In this document: positions 47,439-57,556 of the stretch, in pieces
Layout of the letters: each line of letters starts with the position of its first letter
Numbering within the stretch: position 1 is the first letter of the stretch
Assembly (NCBI GenBank): GCA_963700985.1
Contig: OY969554.1
Location: 1,504,001-1,568,000, forward strand
Direction of reading: 5' to 3'
DNA length: 64,000 bases
Source of the DNA: an uncultured Chlamydiales bacterium
GTDB taxonomy: Bacteria > Chlamydiota > Chlamydiia > Chlamydiales > Rhabdochlamydiaceae
The notes under the pieces: model-generated
Told to the model about the DNA's origin: nothing
Databases searched by the model: none
What the model saw: the letters and a program-made list of their open reading frames with translations, nothing else
Program-made: the position numbers and the translations under genes

Positions 47439-48086
47439 GTGAAAGTGTTGGCGCCTTCTTTAACGACTTTAGACTTCTTCGATCTCACACATTTTGCACA
47501 TGCACCTCTTTTTGCTAAGTGCCAATATCCGTGGGAAGCTCTTCAACATCTTTCGAGTTATCTTCGCGCTCAAACACTCGGCAAAATTCAAACAGAAGTG
47601 CCCGAAGGCGTGACTTTAGTGAAGCCAGAGCTCATCTCTATTGGTCCCGGTACGATCGTTGAACCTGGGGCTTATATTCACGGTCCTTGCGTTATCGGTT
47701 CGAATTGCACGATTCGCCATGGCGCATATATCCGCGGCGATCTGTTGTGCGGAGATGGATGTTTGATTGGACATGCAACGGAAATCAAACATTCGATTCT
47801 CTTAAATGGAACCATGGCTGCGCACTTTAACTATGTCGGCGATAGCATTTTAGGAAACAAAGTTAACTTAGGCGCCGGCGTGATCTGTGCAAATCTACGT
47901 TTGGACCATGCGCCTGTTAAAATCCGCCTTCCAGAGAAAGTGATTTCTACAAATCTGAAAAAACTCGGCGCGATCATCGGAGACGAAGCGCAAATCGGAT
48001 GCAATTGTGTGTTGAATCCAGGAACCTTGATCGCGAAAAATTCTCTCTGTCTTCCCTGCCAAAACATCTCGGGCTTTCATAAGTAA
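47439..48086 (+). CDS. Hexapeptide-repeat (LbH) transferase, GlmU C-terminal-like (CT629-like)
   Basis: IGPGTIVEPGAYIHGP, EIKHSI, HFNYVGDSILG..VNLGAG and KLGAIIGD; GAGG RBS with GTG start. Confidence 0.88.
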   Translation: MKVLAPSLTTLDFFDLTHFAHAPLFAKCQYPWEALQHLSSYLRAQTLGKIQTEVPEGVTLVKPELISIGPGTIVEPGAYIHGPCVIGSNCTIRHGAYIRGDLLCGDGCLIGHATEIKHSILLNGTMAAHFNYVGDSILGNKVNLGAGVICANLRLDHAPVKIRLPEKVISTNLKKLGAIIGDEAQIGCNCVLNPGTLIAKNSLCLPCQNISGFHK

Positions 48087-48127
48087 AACCGTTTTACTTT
48101 CTTGCGCACATAGAGAAGAAATAAAAT

Positions 48128-48152
48128 TAACAGGATCATGGCCATCCTGTTA
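48128..48152. repeat. Collapsed AGGAT/ATCCT element (ends only)
   Basis: TAACAGGAT-CATGGCC-ATCCTGTTA, a perfect 9-bp inverted repeat matching the ends of the 37697 and 60178 elements. Confidence 0.6.
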
Positions 48153-48294
48153 TTTCTCTCTTCAGCTCAATGTGCTCAGCCGTGATACTCCAGATTACTC
48201 TTTCTTAGATGTATTTTTTTGGAGATTTGAATCAGCTTTTTGATGAGAATGTAAAAAATAGTCTGCAGAACCGAAACATTGGAACGAGATAAAT

Positions 48295-49221
48295 ATGGCC
48301 ACACAGATCTTTTCTGCAAGAGCATCAAGTGAAAAACCCTCTTCATCTTTCTTCTATTTTCACAAAGATCGCATCGAACAAGAAATTGCAAAAAGCATTA
48401 GCGGATTTGGCGAAAAGAGTAAATTGCGCGACGCAGTTGAATATGCACTTACTGGTGGCGGAAAGCGTTTTCGCCCTCTAGTGGTTTTGCTTATTGCCGA
48501 TGCGCTTAAGCATGGTTTAAATGTCTATGATGCAGCCCTGTCTGTCGAATTTTTCCATACCGCTTCGCTGATTGCAGATGACCTACCCTGCATGGACAAT
48601 GAAGATGAGAGACGCAGTAAGCCCACAGTGCACAAAGTTTTTGGTGAAACCATAGCGTTGCTTTCAAGTTATGCGTTAATCACCGCCGCCTTTGAGAAAA
48701 TTCACGCCAATGCGCAAGTTATGAAAGAAGCGCCTGCGCCTTTTTCTACTTATAGCGAACGCGCGTGCATGATCGCTTTAGAAAGCGCTGCGCGCTGCTC
48801 AGGCATTCTGGGTGCAACTGGTGGTCAATTTCTAGATCTTTTCCCTCCGAATCATAATCTTGAAACGGTCAAACAGGTTATCTACAAAAAGTCGGTCACA
48901 CTTTTCGAAGTGGCGTTTGTTTTTGGCTGGGTATTTGGCGGCGGAGATCTCTCGCAAGTCGATCTGCTTAAAAAAGCCTCTTTTCACCTCGGCATGGCCT
49001 TTCAAATCGCGGACGACATCACAGATATGTACAGCGATGAGAAGAAACAGAATGAGATGAACATTGCTAGGCTGATTGGTAAAGAGCGTGCTTTGAATGT
49101 CTTTGAAGAGGAGATGGTTAAGCTGAAAGACGCGCTTGTCATTCTCAAATTGAATACGCCCTCGTTTGACAAGATGTGTGATATGCTAACCAAGCTAGCT
49201 AGAGACACGACCTCAATCTAA
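48295..49221 (+). CDS. ispA: Geranyltranstransferase / polyprenyl synthetase
   Basis: GGKRFRP, HTASLIADDLPCMDNEDERR, GGQFLDL and FQIADDI. Confidence 0.93.
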   Translation: MATQIFSARASSEKPSSSFFYFHKDRIEQEIAKSISGFGEKSKLRDAVEYALTGGGKRFRPLVVLLIADALKHGLNVYDAALSVEFFHTASLIADDLPCMDNEDERRSKPTVHKVFGETIALLSSYALITAAFEKIHANAQVMKEAPAPFSTYSERACMIALESAARCSGILGATGGQFLDLFPPNHNLETVKQVIYKKSVTLFEVAFVFGWVFGGGDLSQVDLLKKASFHLGMAFQIADDITDMYSDEKKQNEMNIARLIGKERALNVFEEEMVKLKDALVILKLNTPSFDKMCDMLTKLARDTTSI

Positions 49222-50627
49222 GAAGCCGTTTCAGCTTCTTCGGGCTGTTCGAGGGCCTCTTCAACTTCTTCAATCTCTCGAACTTCTTCCGCTTCTTCGG
49301 AGAACTCGATTTCCTCCTCAATCTCTTCGGAGCGCTCAAGGGCTGCTTTTCTCTGCAAAATTTTATCTATACTAGTGCGAACCCGTGCAATATCTACCTG
49401 GTGATTTTCTGCAGCTTTTTCGTAGAGGTGCAGAGCTATGTCGAAATATTCAAGCGCGTCGTCATAATTTATAAAGGCCATAGCATTCCCAAAGTTATAA
49501 TAGGAGAGTCCTACTTCGGGATCTCCTTTTCCTAAGGCCCTTTCACAGCGATCCAAAGCACGCTCATGGCAACCACACATATAATGGCAATTCGTATTAT
49601 TTATATTTTCCCTTAGACAACCATCTTTCATGAAGCATTCGAAAGATCGGGCCAAGTCAGTGTAAAACTTTGAGATCACAAGATGCTCTTCATCTCGAGA
49701 GCTCGTCATAACTGTCAAAGCTCTCCTGTGATACTTGATGGCGCAATTAGCACTTTGCACCAAATCTCTGCCTTGCATAGCCTTCAGTCTCCAAGTCTCT
49801 CCTAGATGATTTAGAAACAAGGCCAAATCGGAATGCTCTTCGCCAAAAGCGATATGATGAATGGCACAGGTGCGCGTGAGGTAAAGGATTGCATCTTCAG
49901 CGTGGCCAGCTTCGAAAGCAGCCAATCCCAAAGTGCAAAAATTCGTCGTAAGCTCGGTGGCTTTTTTCTGCACGTCTTGGTAGAACAGATGTTCGCTGAG
50001 GGTTAGAGGGGTAATTTTTTGTGGATAATCAAAAAGGCCCCAGATAGCAGTACAGCTCTCCTGATCGCCCATTTGTAAAGCGCCTATGAAAAGATCGACT
50101 TTGAGTCGATCAAGAGTATCGACCCCATTTTTTTGCAGGCGTATAAAAAGAGCTTCATTCGTTACTAGGGTATGCATCACGGCAAGCAGGTGCTGAGTTT
50201 CTAATCGCCCTAGAAAATGGCGATTATTGTAGACCACTTCAGCTCCTTTCGGACTGGATGCTATCTCTTCAATTAGTTGAGTATCTGCTTTTGAGAAAGC
50301 AAATTCACGTATGGATATCAGAAACGTTTTAAATAAAGAGCCTGCATCAAAAGCAGGAAGAGCCATTTTCTTATGGATACTGTGAATTTGATGCACGCTA
50401 GAGCTATCTATAAATACTTGCTCTTGCAAAGCCCTTTTATAGATATTCTTACCAGCGGATGAATGAAAATAACTTGCCAAATCATAACACTGGGCGGGAT
50501 CTAAATAGGATACCAAAATAGTGCAAAGCCCTTTGATTTCCCAAAAAAACTGAGGTTCTTGATTAGTTTTGCGAATGCAAGAAACAACATGGGCTTTGGC
50601 ACTGAGTGAGAACTCTACTGCAGTCAT
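49218..50627 (-). CDS. TPR-containing hypothetical protein with acidic tail (candidate effector)
   Basis: Kinesin-light-chain-like TPRs (FGEEHSDLALFLNHLG; LGKGDPEVGLSYYNFG) and a Glu-rich C-terminus. Confidence 0.75.
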   Translation of the reverse strand: MTAVEFSLSAKAHVVSCIRKTNQEPQFFWEIKGLCTILVSYLDPAQCYDLASYFHSSAGKNIYKRALQEQVFIDSSSVHQIHSIHKKMALPAFDAGSLFKTFLISIREFAFSKADTQLIEEIASSPKGAEVVYNNRHFLGRLETQHLLAVMHTLVTNEALFIRLQKNGVDTLDRLKVDLFIGALQMGDQESCTAIWGLFDYPQKITPLTLSEHLFYQDVQKKATELTTNFCTLGLAAFEAGHAEDAILYLTRTCAIHHIAFGEEHSDLALFLNHLGETWRLKAMQGRDLVQSANCAIKYHRRALTVMTSSRDEEHLVISKFYTDLARSFECFMKDGCLRENINNTNCHYMCGCHERALDRCERALGKGDPEVGLSYYNFGNAMAFINYDDALEYFDIALHLYEKAAENHQVDIARVRTSIDKILQRKAALERSEEIEEEIEFSEEAEEVREIEEVEEALEQPEEAETAS

Positions 50628-50658
50628 CTGGAGCTACTCTAGGTGTTAAAAAAGAAGT

Positions 50659-50684
50659 GCTAGCTTCTTAGAAAAGAAGCTAGC
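50659..50684 (-). terminator. recA terminator
   Basis: GCTAGCTTCTT-AGAA-AAGAAGCTAGC followed by a T-rich tract on the minus strand. Confidence 0.75.
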
Positions 50685-50703
50685 GGAGAGTGGATCTAAG
50701 AGC

Positions 50704-51759
50704 TTAGACTTCTGCGAGTTCGGCAAGTGGCTCTGCGTTTGCTTTGCCTACAAGACCGCCTTTTTCCATCGCAGCAGCCATAGTGAGTTTTTCTAGCTCA
50801 TCGCACATTTGCGGATTCTTTTTGAGCTCCTCGCGGGCGGCTTCTCTGCCTTGTCCAAGACGCTGGCCTTTAAAGCTAAACCAGGTGCCTTTCTTCTCGA
50901 GAACGCCTAGCTCTGCGCCGAGGTCGATGAGTGAACCGATGCGCGAGATGCCTTCGTTGAACATAACGTCAAATTCAGCGGTTTGGAAGGGAGGAGCGAG
51001 TTTGTTCTTCACAACTTTAACTTTCACGCGGTTGCCGATATCGAGATTTTCAGCTCCTTTGATGCTGCCGATGCGGCGTATATCCAAGCGGATAGAAGAG
51101 TAAAACTTCAGCGCCTTACCACCTGTTGTCGTCTCGGGGTTACCAAACATCACGCCGATTTTTTCACGCAACTGGTTGATAAAGATCGCGCAGGTATTGC
51201 TCTTCGAAAGGGTCGCTGCAAGTTTACGCAGGGCTTGAGACATCATACGCGCTTGTAATCCCATAAAAGAGTCGCCGATCTCGCCTTCTAGTTCGCTTTT
51301 AGGCACAAGAGCTGCAACAGAATCGATTACGATGACATCGATGGCATTCGAACGGGCGAGCATCTCGGTGATGTTGAGCGCTTCTTCTCCAGAAGAAGGC
51401 TGGGAAACTAGCAGTTCGTCTAAGTTTACGCCGATTTTTGCTGCGTATGCAGGATCGAATGCGTGTTCCGCATCGATATAAGCAGCTGTTCCGCCATTTT
51501 TTTGTGCATTGGCGACAATATGCGTAGCAAGCGTAGATTTACCAGAGGACTCGGGTCCATAGATCTCAACGATTCTTCCTCTAGGCACCCCACCAATACC
51601 GAGGGCGATGTCAAGGGCAATGGCGCCCGTTTTGATCACGCTGATCTCTCGGTTAGAAGAGTGTTTACCCAGCATCATGATGGAGCCTTCACCAAACTGT
51701 TTCTCAATATGAGAGACGGCGAGCTCTAGTGCTTTTTTCTTAGCGTTATCGTTTGACAT
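50704..51759 (-). CDS. recA: Recombinase A
   Basis: [42 protein letters not shown] and [10 protein letters not shown]. Confidence 0.99.
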   Translation of the reverse strand: MSNDNAKKKALELAVSHIEKQFGEGSIMMLGKHSSNREISVIKTGAIALDIALGIGGVPRGRIVEIYGPESSGKSTLATHIVANAQKNGGTAAYIDAEHAFDPAYAAKIGVNLDELLVSQPSSGEEALNITEMLARSNAIDVIVIDSVAALVPKSELEGEIGDSFMGLQARMMSQALRKLAATLSKSNTCAIFINQLREKIGVMFGNPETTTGGKALKFYSSIRLDIRRIGSIKGAENLDIGNRVKVKVVKNKLAPPFQTAEFDVMFNEGISRIGSLIDLGAELGVLEKKGTWFSFKGQRLGQGREAAREELKKNPQMCDELEKLTMAAAMEKGGLVGKANAEPLAELAEV

Positions 51760-51858
51760 TCTTTATCTCCTTTTTTCCTAATAGCCCATTCTAATGAACG
51801 ATCGTATTTCCAAAAACCATGTATTTTGCTTTAGTGAAGAAAAAGAAAGGAATTAAAA

Positions 51859-52830
51859 ATGATTCTAGCAGGAGATGTCGGCGGAACGAAGACACACATC
51901 GCTCTTTTTGATGTTTCGAAAGGAACAAAAATTGTCCGCGAACAGAAATATCAGAGTCGCGAGTTCGAAAGCCTTTCACACATCGTGCATCTTTTTTTAG
52001 CTGAGGAAAAGCTAGAAATTGAGAGCGCCTGCTTTGGAATTGCGGGGCCTGTTGAAGAGGGAGTGTGTCGCGCGACTAATCTTCCGTGGGTGGTCGATAA
52101 CCGAGAACTTTCTAAAGATCTTAAAATCCCCAAGGTCTGGCTGATCAATGATCTAGAAGCCAATGCTTATGGGATCAGCAGCTTACAATCTTCCGAACTC
52201 TATGTTTTAAACAAAGGAAAGGCGCGGCCTGGAAATGGAGCGCTCATCGCGGCCGGCACGGGGTTGGGCGAGGCGGGAATTTTTTGGGATGGAAAGAAGC
52301 ACACTCCTTTTGCCACGGAAGGTGGGCATGCAGACTTCGCCCCGCGCGATGGGCTAGAGCTAGAACTTTGGCGCTATCTACATGCGCGGTTCGATCATGT
52401 CTCTTACGAAAGGGTTCTCTCGGGACCAGGGATTTACAATCTTTATCGCTTTCTCATCGACACGGATCGCGAAAAAGAGATCGAGGAAGTTAAAAATCGT
52501 TTTTTAAATGAAGACCCTCCGCTTGTGATTACAGATTCAGCTCTCAAGCGGCGCTGCCAAGCGTGCTTACGCACTGTCACCTGGTTCACTTCGTTATATG
52601 GGGGGGCTACAGGTAATCTAGCTTTGAAGTTTCTCTCCTTGAACGGAATTTATGTCGGCGGAGGAATAGCCCCCAAGATTTTGGATTTTTTGAAAGAAGG
52701 AAGCTTTATGGGCGCTTTTTGTGCGAAAGGGCGCTTCGCTCCGCTACTGGCTTCCATTCCAGTGAAGATCGTTCTTAATGAGAACACGGCTCTCTTAGGT
52801 GCTTTTAATTACGCTAGATCCAACGGTTGA
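51859..52830 (+). CDS. glk: Glucokinase (Glk family)
   Basis: LAGDVGGTKT, GIAGPV, INDLEA, GTGLG, EGGHADF, ERVLSGPG and GGGIAPKI. Confidence 0.93.
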   Translation: MILAGDVGGTKTHIALFDVSKGTKIVREQKYQSREFESLSHIVHLFLAEEKLEIESACFGIAGPVEEGVCRATNLPWVVDNRELSKDLKIPKVWLINDLEANAYGISSLQSSELYVLNKGKARPGNGALIAAGTGLGEAGIFWDGKKHTPFATEGGHADFAPRDGLELELWRYLHARFDHVSYERVLSGPGIYNLYRFLIDTDREKEIEEVKNRFLNEDPPLVITDSALKRRCQACLRTVTWFTSLYGGATGNLALKFLSLNGIYVGGGIAPKILDFLKEGSFMGAFCAKGRFAPLLASIPVKIVLNENTALLGAFNYARSNG

Positions 52831-53602
52831 TGACGAAGCAGGGATCATTATCTGTCCAGCTATTCACCGGCCGGCGTTTGAGCGTTTGAGAAATTTCTGT
52901 TAATCTCGTGAGCAGCGGATAGATCACAACCCCGACGCCAATTAGGCTTTCTATGGTCTCATTTTGATTCAAAACGATCACCACGTGTCCTTTCCAAACG
53001 ATTAGATCGAGCGGTTTTAAAAGCTTTTGAATCTCTTCCAGAGACTTTCCTTCAATGCTAAGATTTTGACCAAATATGATGAGCTCGGAGGTGTTTCGAG
53101 CTGTAAAGCCGTCGGTGGCCCAGTAAAGAAACCCTGAACAATCAACGCCGTGAAAAGCCCAGGTTTTTAAGAGCTTTTCATCTAAAGATCTAGCTGGGGG
53201 ATAGAGATCGAGCATGCGCGGAACGCCAGGCCAACTTCCTCCCCACACATACATGAAACCGATTAAAGATTTTAGCCTATGTAAAATGAGCTCAGGCGCG
53301 GGGCAGATTCTCAAGCGTTCGGGAGTTTGTGCATCGACAAAAGAGAGAAACCGGCTATCTACATACAGAGAATTTCCCAAATAATCGTGTGTTCTTACAT
53401 GCAAGATATTCGGCTGATTGCATTGGGCAAGAACCTCAAATTTTGTTTGAGGCAGGGCCACGGTCTCAATGGCGCGCAGCAGCCCCTTGGGATCGATCGG
53501 TAGTGACACGCCATCGGAACCACCAAAAATCTCGCAAAAGTTCGGCGTGTTTAAGATAGGCGTAGGAAACTTTGCAACTGCGAAACGGGTGGGAGTGGTC
53601 AT
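52814..53602 (-). CDS. NlpC/P60 (C40) cysteine peptidase
   Basis: YVWGG, GVDCSG, R.T, DLIVWKGHV; SH3-like N-terminal part; no signal peptide. Confidence 0.8.
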   Translation of the reverse strand: MTTPTRFAVAKFPTPILNTPNFCEIFGGSDGVSLPIDPKGLLRAIETVALPQTKFEVLAQCNQPNILHVRTHDYLGNSLYVDSRFLSFVDAQTPERLRICPAPELILHRLKSLIGFMYVWGGSWPGVPRMLDLYPPARSLDEKLLKTWAFHGVDCSGFLYWATDGFTARNTSELIIFGQNLSIEGKSLEEIQKLLKPLDLIVWKGHVVIVLNQNETIESLIGVGVVIYPLLTRLTEISQTLKRRPVNSWTDNDPCFVINRWI

Positions 53603-53652
53603 AGCTTAAAATAGTCCTCAAGCGTTAAACTGAGGCAATAGATGAGGTCAAA

Positions 53653-55251
53653 ATGAAAAAAACATCACTTCTTCTCGTTCTTCTGGTCATTTTGACTGCC
53701 GGCTTTGCTTCTTGTCAACCCACCCCCAAAGAGCCGCAAAGAGTAGCTCTTAGGCAGAAGCTGCGCATCAATCTTGTCGATGAGCCGCAAACGCTCGATC
53801 CGCGTAAAGCGCGCGATGTGAGGGATCAGGCCGTCATGCGCATGCTGTTTGAAGGTCTCACGCGTGTAAATAAAGAAGAAAAAGCTGAGCTTGCACTTGC
53901 CAAAGACGTCGAAATTTCTCCTGACTTAAAGACTTATACCTTTCATCTGCGTCCTTCGCAATGGTCGAATGGAGAGGCAGTTACGGCGGAAGATTTCGCG
54001 TATTCATGGAAGAAAGTACTCGATCCACAATTTCCGGCAGACTGCGCCTTTCAGCTCTATGTAATCAAAAATGCAAAATCCGCCAAACTCGGGCTTATCC
54101 CTTTAGATGAAATAGGCGTTCATGTCATCGGCCCTTTAACTTTAAAAGTCGAACTCGAGCAACCGACTCCTTATCTCTTAGAACTTCTAGCTGCGCCCTA
54201 CTTTTTCCCTGTGAATAAAAAACTCGATCAAGACAACCCGATCTGGATGCAAAAGACATCGACTTATGTCTCTAATGGTCCTTTTTTGCTGAGCGATTGG
54301 AAGCATCAAGATTTTTTAAGGGTTAAGAAAAATGGCACTTATTGGGATAAAAACGCCGTTAGCCTAAACGAGATCGAAATTTTCATGGTGCGTGAAGAGA
54401 CCGAACTTAAAATGTTCGAAATGCATGAGATCGACTGGGCGGGATCTCCCCTTTCGACGTTGACCGTCGATGCTTTGGAAGACCTTAAAAAACAAGATCT
54501 TCTACATGTAAAGCCGATCCTCGGCACCGCTTTTCTTCGCGCAAATGTCGAGCGAGAGCCGTTTAACCATCCAGCGATTCGCTGGGCCTTTGCTTTGGCC
54601 ATCAACCGCCAGGCGATCGTCGAACATATCACGCGCGGAAATCAGATTCCTGCTACGGGAATCGTGCCGCTTTCATTAAATCTGCAAAAAGAGCCCTATT
54701 TTCAGGATGGCGATGGAAAGATGGCGCGCGATTTATTCGAGGCCACTATAAAACAGTTAGGATGGCGCAAAGAGAGGCTGCCCGAGATCACACTTACCTA
54801 CGTGCAGAGCGAGCGCAACCACACTATTTCGCAAGCTTTGCAACAACAATGGTTTGAGGCTTTTGGAATTAGAATCAAATTGGAAGCCGTCGAAAAGAAG
54901 GTCTATTTCGACAGGCTTTCGAAACAAGATTATCAGCTTTCGACAGGCTCATGGCTTGCCGACTTCAACGATCCGGTCAATTTCTTAGACAACTTTAAGT
55001 ATAAGAGCGCTAGCACGAACAACACGCGCTGGGAAAACCCCTCCTTTGTGCAACTACTTGACCAATCAGGGGCTTTGGTAGATCGTGAAGAACGCAGTAA
55101 AGTTTTAAGTGAGGTAGAAAGAATCTTAATCGATGAGATGCCGATTATCCCCATTTTCCATTTTACACTGCTTTACGTAAAAGATCCGGCGCTCAGCGAC
55201 GTGGTTTTGACATCTATGGGAAATATCGATTTTAAATGGGCACATTTCTAA
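53653..55251 (+). CDS. oppA: Oligopeptide ABC transporter substrate-binding lipoprotein
   Basis: Lipobox FASC, EPQTLDP, FEGL, YTFHLR..WSNGE.VTAEDF.YSW, SNGPF and W.ADF.DP.NFL. Confidence 0.93.
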   Translation: MKKTSLLLVLLVILTAGFASCQPTPKEPQRVALRQKLRINLVDEPQTLDPRKARDVRDQAVMRMLFEGLTRVNKEEKAELALAKDVEISPDLKTYTFHLRPSQWSNGEAVTAEDFAYSWKKVLDPQFPADCAFQLYVIKNAKSAKLGLIPLDEIGVHVIGPLTLKVELEQPTPYLLELLAAPYFFPVNKKLDQDNPIWMQKTSTYVSNGPFLLSDWKHQDFLRVKKNGTYWDKNAVSLNEIEIFMVREETELKMFEMHEIDWAGSPLSTLTVDALEDLKKQDLLHVKPILGTAFLRANVEREPFNHPAIRWAFALAINRQAIVEHITRGNQIPATGIVPLSLNLQKEPYFQDGDGKMARDLFEATIKQLGWRKERLPEITLTYVQSERNHTISQALQQQWFEAFGIRIKLEAVEKKVYFDRLSKQDYQLSTGSWLADFNDPVNFLDNFKYKSASTNNTRWENPSFVQLLDQSGALVDREERSKVLSEVERILIDEMPIIPIFHFTLLYVKDPALSDVVLTSMGNIDFKWAHF

Positions 55252-55260
55252 GGAGATCGA

Positions 55261-55728
55261 ATGATAAGAAAGGCAATTTTTACCTGCCTGCTCCTGTGCA
55301 GCACGCTATTTGGCCAAACCTGTTTTGCTTCATCCGTAAGGTTAATCAATGATAGCCCGCATAAATTGCGTGCCGTGGTCAGAGGTAGCGATGGTTCAAA
55401 TCTCGGAGAAATGATGGTCGAGCCAGATCAAGCTACCACTTGGAGCGATCAAACTGCGCGCACAAGCGAGCTACAAAAGGGAAACATCTATCAAAACCAA
55501 CCTTGGCGCTCTCAAACTCCCTTTACTGTGCTCTGGTATTGTGAAGATGGCAGCGACTTTGCCTTTTGTGAATCGGTCAATACGGGTAATACCGTATCTG
55601 CCAAAAGCTGCAATGGCTCTCGCCAATGTAAACTGAAGAAGAAAAATCCTCAGAGCACAAAGCCTGAGCAGTTCTTCGAAAAAGAAGCGCAGAAAGAACA
55701 GCGAGCTGTTGGCCCACCAAAATACTGA
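55261..55728 (+). CDS. Secreted Cys-containing hypothetical protein
   Basis: Signal peptide; VRLINDSP..LRA, W.C..G..F..C..V..G..V.A..C.G...C; AAGGAG RBS. Confidence 0.75.
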   Translation: MIRKAIFTCLLLCSTLFGQTCFASSVRLINDSPHKLRAVVRGSDGSNLGEMMVEPDQATTWSDQTARTSELQKGNIYQNQPWRSQTPFTVLWYCEDGSDFAFCESVNTGNTVSAKSCNGSRQCKLKKKNPQSTKPEQFFEKEAQKEQRAVGPPKY

Positions 55729-55743
55729 GATAGGTTCATTTAA

Positions 55744-56316
55744 TTAAAAGAGAGCGAGCTGATCGAGCCTAAAGTCATGGCTTTCAGCAGGAAGTGGCTC
55801 TGCAAGGAGCTGCTCTTTAAAACCTATGCCGATGCACATCGGATGGATCTCTTTTGAGGCGAGAGTTTGCAGGAAGCGATCGTAATAGCCTTTGCCATAG
55901 CCTAAGCGATTTCCAGCAGGATCAAAGCCTAAGCCGGGCACAAGAATGCAATCGAGCTTATTTAAGTTTATCTCTTCACACAACTGCGGCTTTGGTTCAT
56001 AAATAGGCGCGCAATATTCCATTTGAGTTGCAATATCAGTCACCGCAAAAATCGAAAGAGTCTCTCCCATGACTTTGGGGAGCAGCAGGCGTTTTTCTCG
56101 AGCAAGTTGCTGGTTAAGCAGGGTGAGATCGATCTCGCCTGGCAGGCTGGCGAAGGAGAGAACATAAGAGTAATCAATAAGGGCAGCACTCAAACTTTGA
56201 AAAAGATCGTCCGCAGCTTGAGCACGCCTATCTGGAGAAAGAGTGGATCGAACCTCTCTTAATAAGCTTCGATAAAAGAACTTATTCTGTATTAAGAAGG
56301 GGCTTGCCTTTGTCAT
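55744..56316 (-). CDS. ygfA: 5-formyltetrahydrofolate cyclo-ligase
   Basis: EID, LLLPK, EP, LVPGLGFD..GNRLGYGKGYYDRFL and E.HD. Confidence 0.93.
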   Translation of the reverse strand: MTKASPFLIQNKFFYRSLLREVRSTLSPDRRAQAADDLFQSLSAALIDYSYVLSFASLPGEIDLTLLNQQLAREKRLLLPKVMGETLSIFAVTDIATQMEYCAPIYEPKPQLCEEINLNKLDCILVPGLGFDPAGNRLGYGKGYYDRFLQTLASKEIHPMCIGIGFKEQLLAEPLPAESHDFRLDQLALF

Positions 56317-57556
56317 AATTCACTTTTTTCAGAAATTTGCCATGCGGATCGTAGAGAGTGGCGATTCCTTCTCCGTCGTCAATTTTCGAAGTAGGGAGTT
56401 TTTCGCCTCTTTTGAAATAGGTTCCCTTGAGTAACTTGTCGTTATCATACTCTTCATTCAGCATCAGTGAACCGTCGCGATACCAGGCAAAGCTCATGCC
56501 ATGTCTTTTATTGGCGCTCAGCTCGCGCTGACTTTCCACGGTGCCATTGTCATACCAGGTTTTAACCAGTCCATGCAGCAAGTCGTCTTGCCAGGTCACC
56601 AGCAGTTTAGGAAGGGCTTTCCCTTCTTTATTAGGCGGGTAGTATTCGATCTCTTCACCAGATTTTTGTCCTTCTTTGACCAAATATTCGCGTTGAAGGG
56701 CGCCGTTGTTTTCAAAAACCTGAATCATGCCATCGGCTTCACCGTGATGAACTTCGATAAGAGAATGCAGTGTGGTTTCATTAAAGAGTGCTTGCTTGCC
56801 TTCACCGGCTAAGATTTCGGCCACTTTCATGCCAGTGCGGTCAAAATAGACGGCATCTTTTAACTGATTTTGGACATACGTCTCTTTGTATTTGATCTTA
56901 TCAGCTGTCCAGAAGCCTTCAGCAATTCCTTCTTTCAAGCCTTTTTCGAATTGAAGACGCTCTTGCAGGCTGCCATCTTCCGCATAGACAGTCACAATCC
57001 CCACCACTTGATCTTTCATGTAGGGGATCTCTTTTTGCAGCTGTCCTGAGGGGTAATAGTATTTTGAAACGCCTTCTAGCACGCCCTTACTATATAAGAT
57101 CTCCGCTAAGCATTTGCCCTGTTCATCCCACACCTGACTTTTTCCGTCGAAAAGCCAGCTGCTCTGCGCGATATAACTCAAATCGGCAACGCCCTCGATA
57201 ACGGTAGCTTCAATTTTAAGTTGCCCATTCTCATACCACTCGCGGTATAGCCCATGCGCACGGCCATCGACGATTTCGATGAAGTGAGAGACCTGACCGT
57301 TAGAATGGTAATTCGTTAGCTGAGAGTGCGTTCTGCCTTGATCGTCGCGGCCATAGATACGCAAAATTTTCTGAAAGGGTTGCGGCGAGAAGAAGTCGAC
57401 GTTTTGATATTGGGCGAGGCGTTCTTTGGCGCTCACCGTTTCCGAAAAGCCGTGTCGATCAACGAGTTGGATGCTGAGAAGCGGCTGCGATTTTTCCTCA
57501 GGCGTCTTATGACTGCATGCGGATAAAAGAATGAGCAGAAAAAATAATCTTTTCAT
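56282..57556 (-). CDS. MORN-variant (YwqK-like) repeat lipoprotein (CT648-like)
   Basis: Lipobox LSAC; repeated HG....WY.NGQL / YYPSGQL / WYRDGSL units. Confidence 0.85.
   Translation of the reverse strand: MKRLFFLLILLSACSHKTPEEKSQPLLSIQLVDRHGFSETVSAKERLAQYQNVDFFSPQPFQKILRIYGRDDQGRTHSQLTNYHSNGQVSHFIEIVDGRAHGLYREWYENGQLKIEATVIEGVADLSYIAQSSWLFDGKSQVWDEQGKCLAEILYSKGVLEGVSKYYYPSGQLQKEIPYMKDQVVGIVTVYAEDGSLQERLQFEKGLKEGIAEGFWTADKIKYKETYVQNQLKDAVYFDRTGMKVAEILAGEGKQALFNETTLHSLIEVHHGEADGMIQVFENNGALQREYLVKEGQKSGEEIEYYPPNKEGKALPKLLVTWQDDLLHGLVKTWYDNGTVESQRELSANKRHGMSFAWYRDGSLMLNEEYDNDKLLKGTYFKRGEKLPTSKIDDGEGIATLYDPHGKFLKKVNYDKGKPLLNTE

Noticed and set aside
48176-48391. 71-aa minus-strand ORF between the LbH gene and ispA
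   Set aside because: Overlaps the ispA start in antisense and has no supporting features
56282-57556. YwqK antitoxin of a toxin-immunity pair
   Set aside because: Generic MORN repeats in a lipoprotein within a conserved-looking operon, with no adjacent toxin
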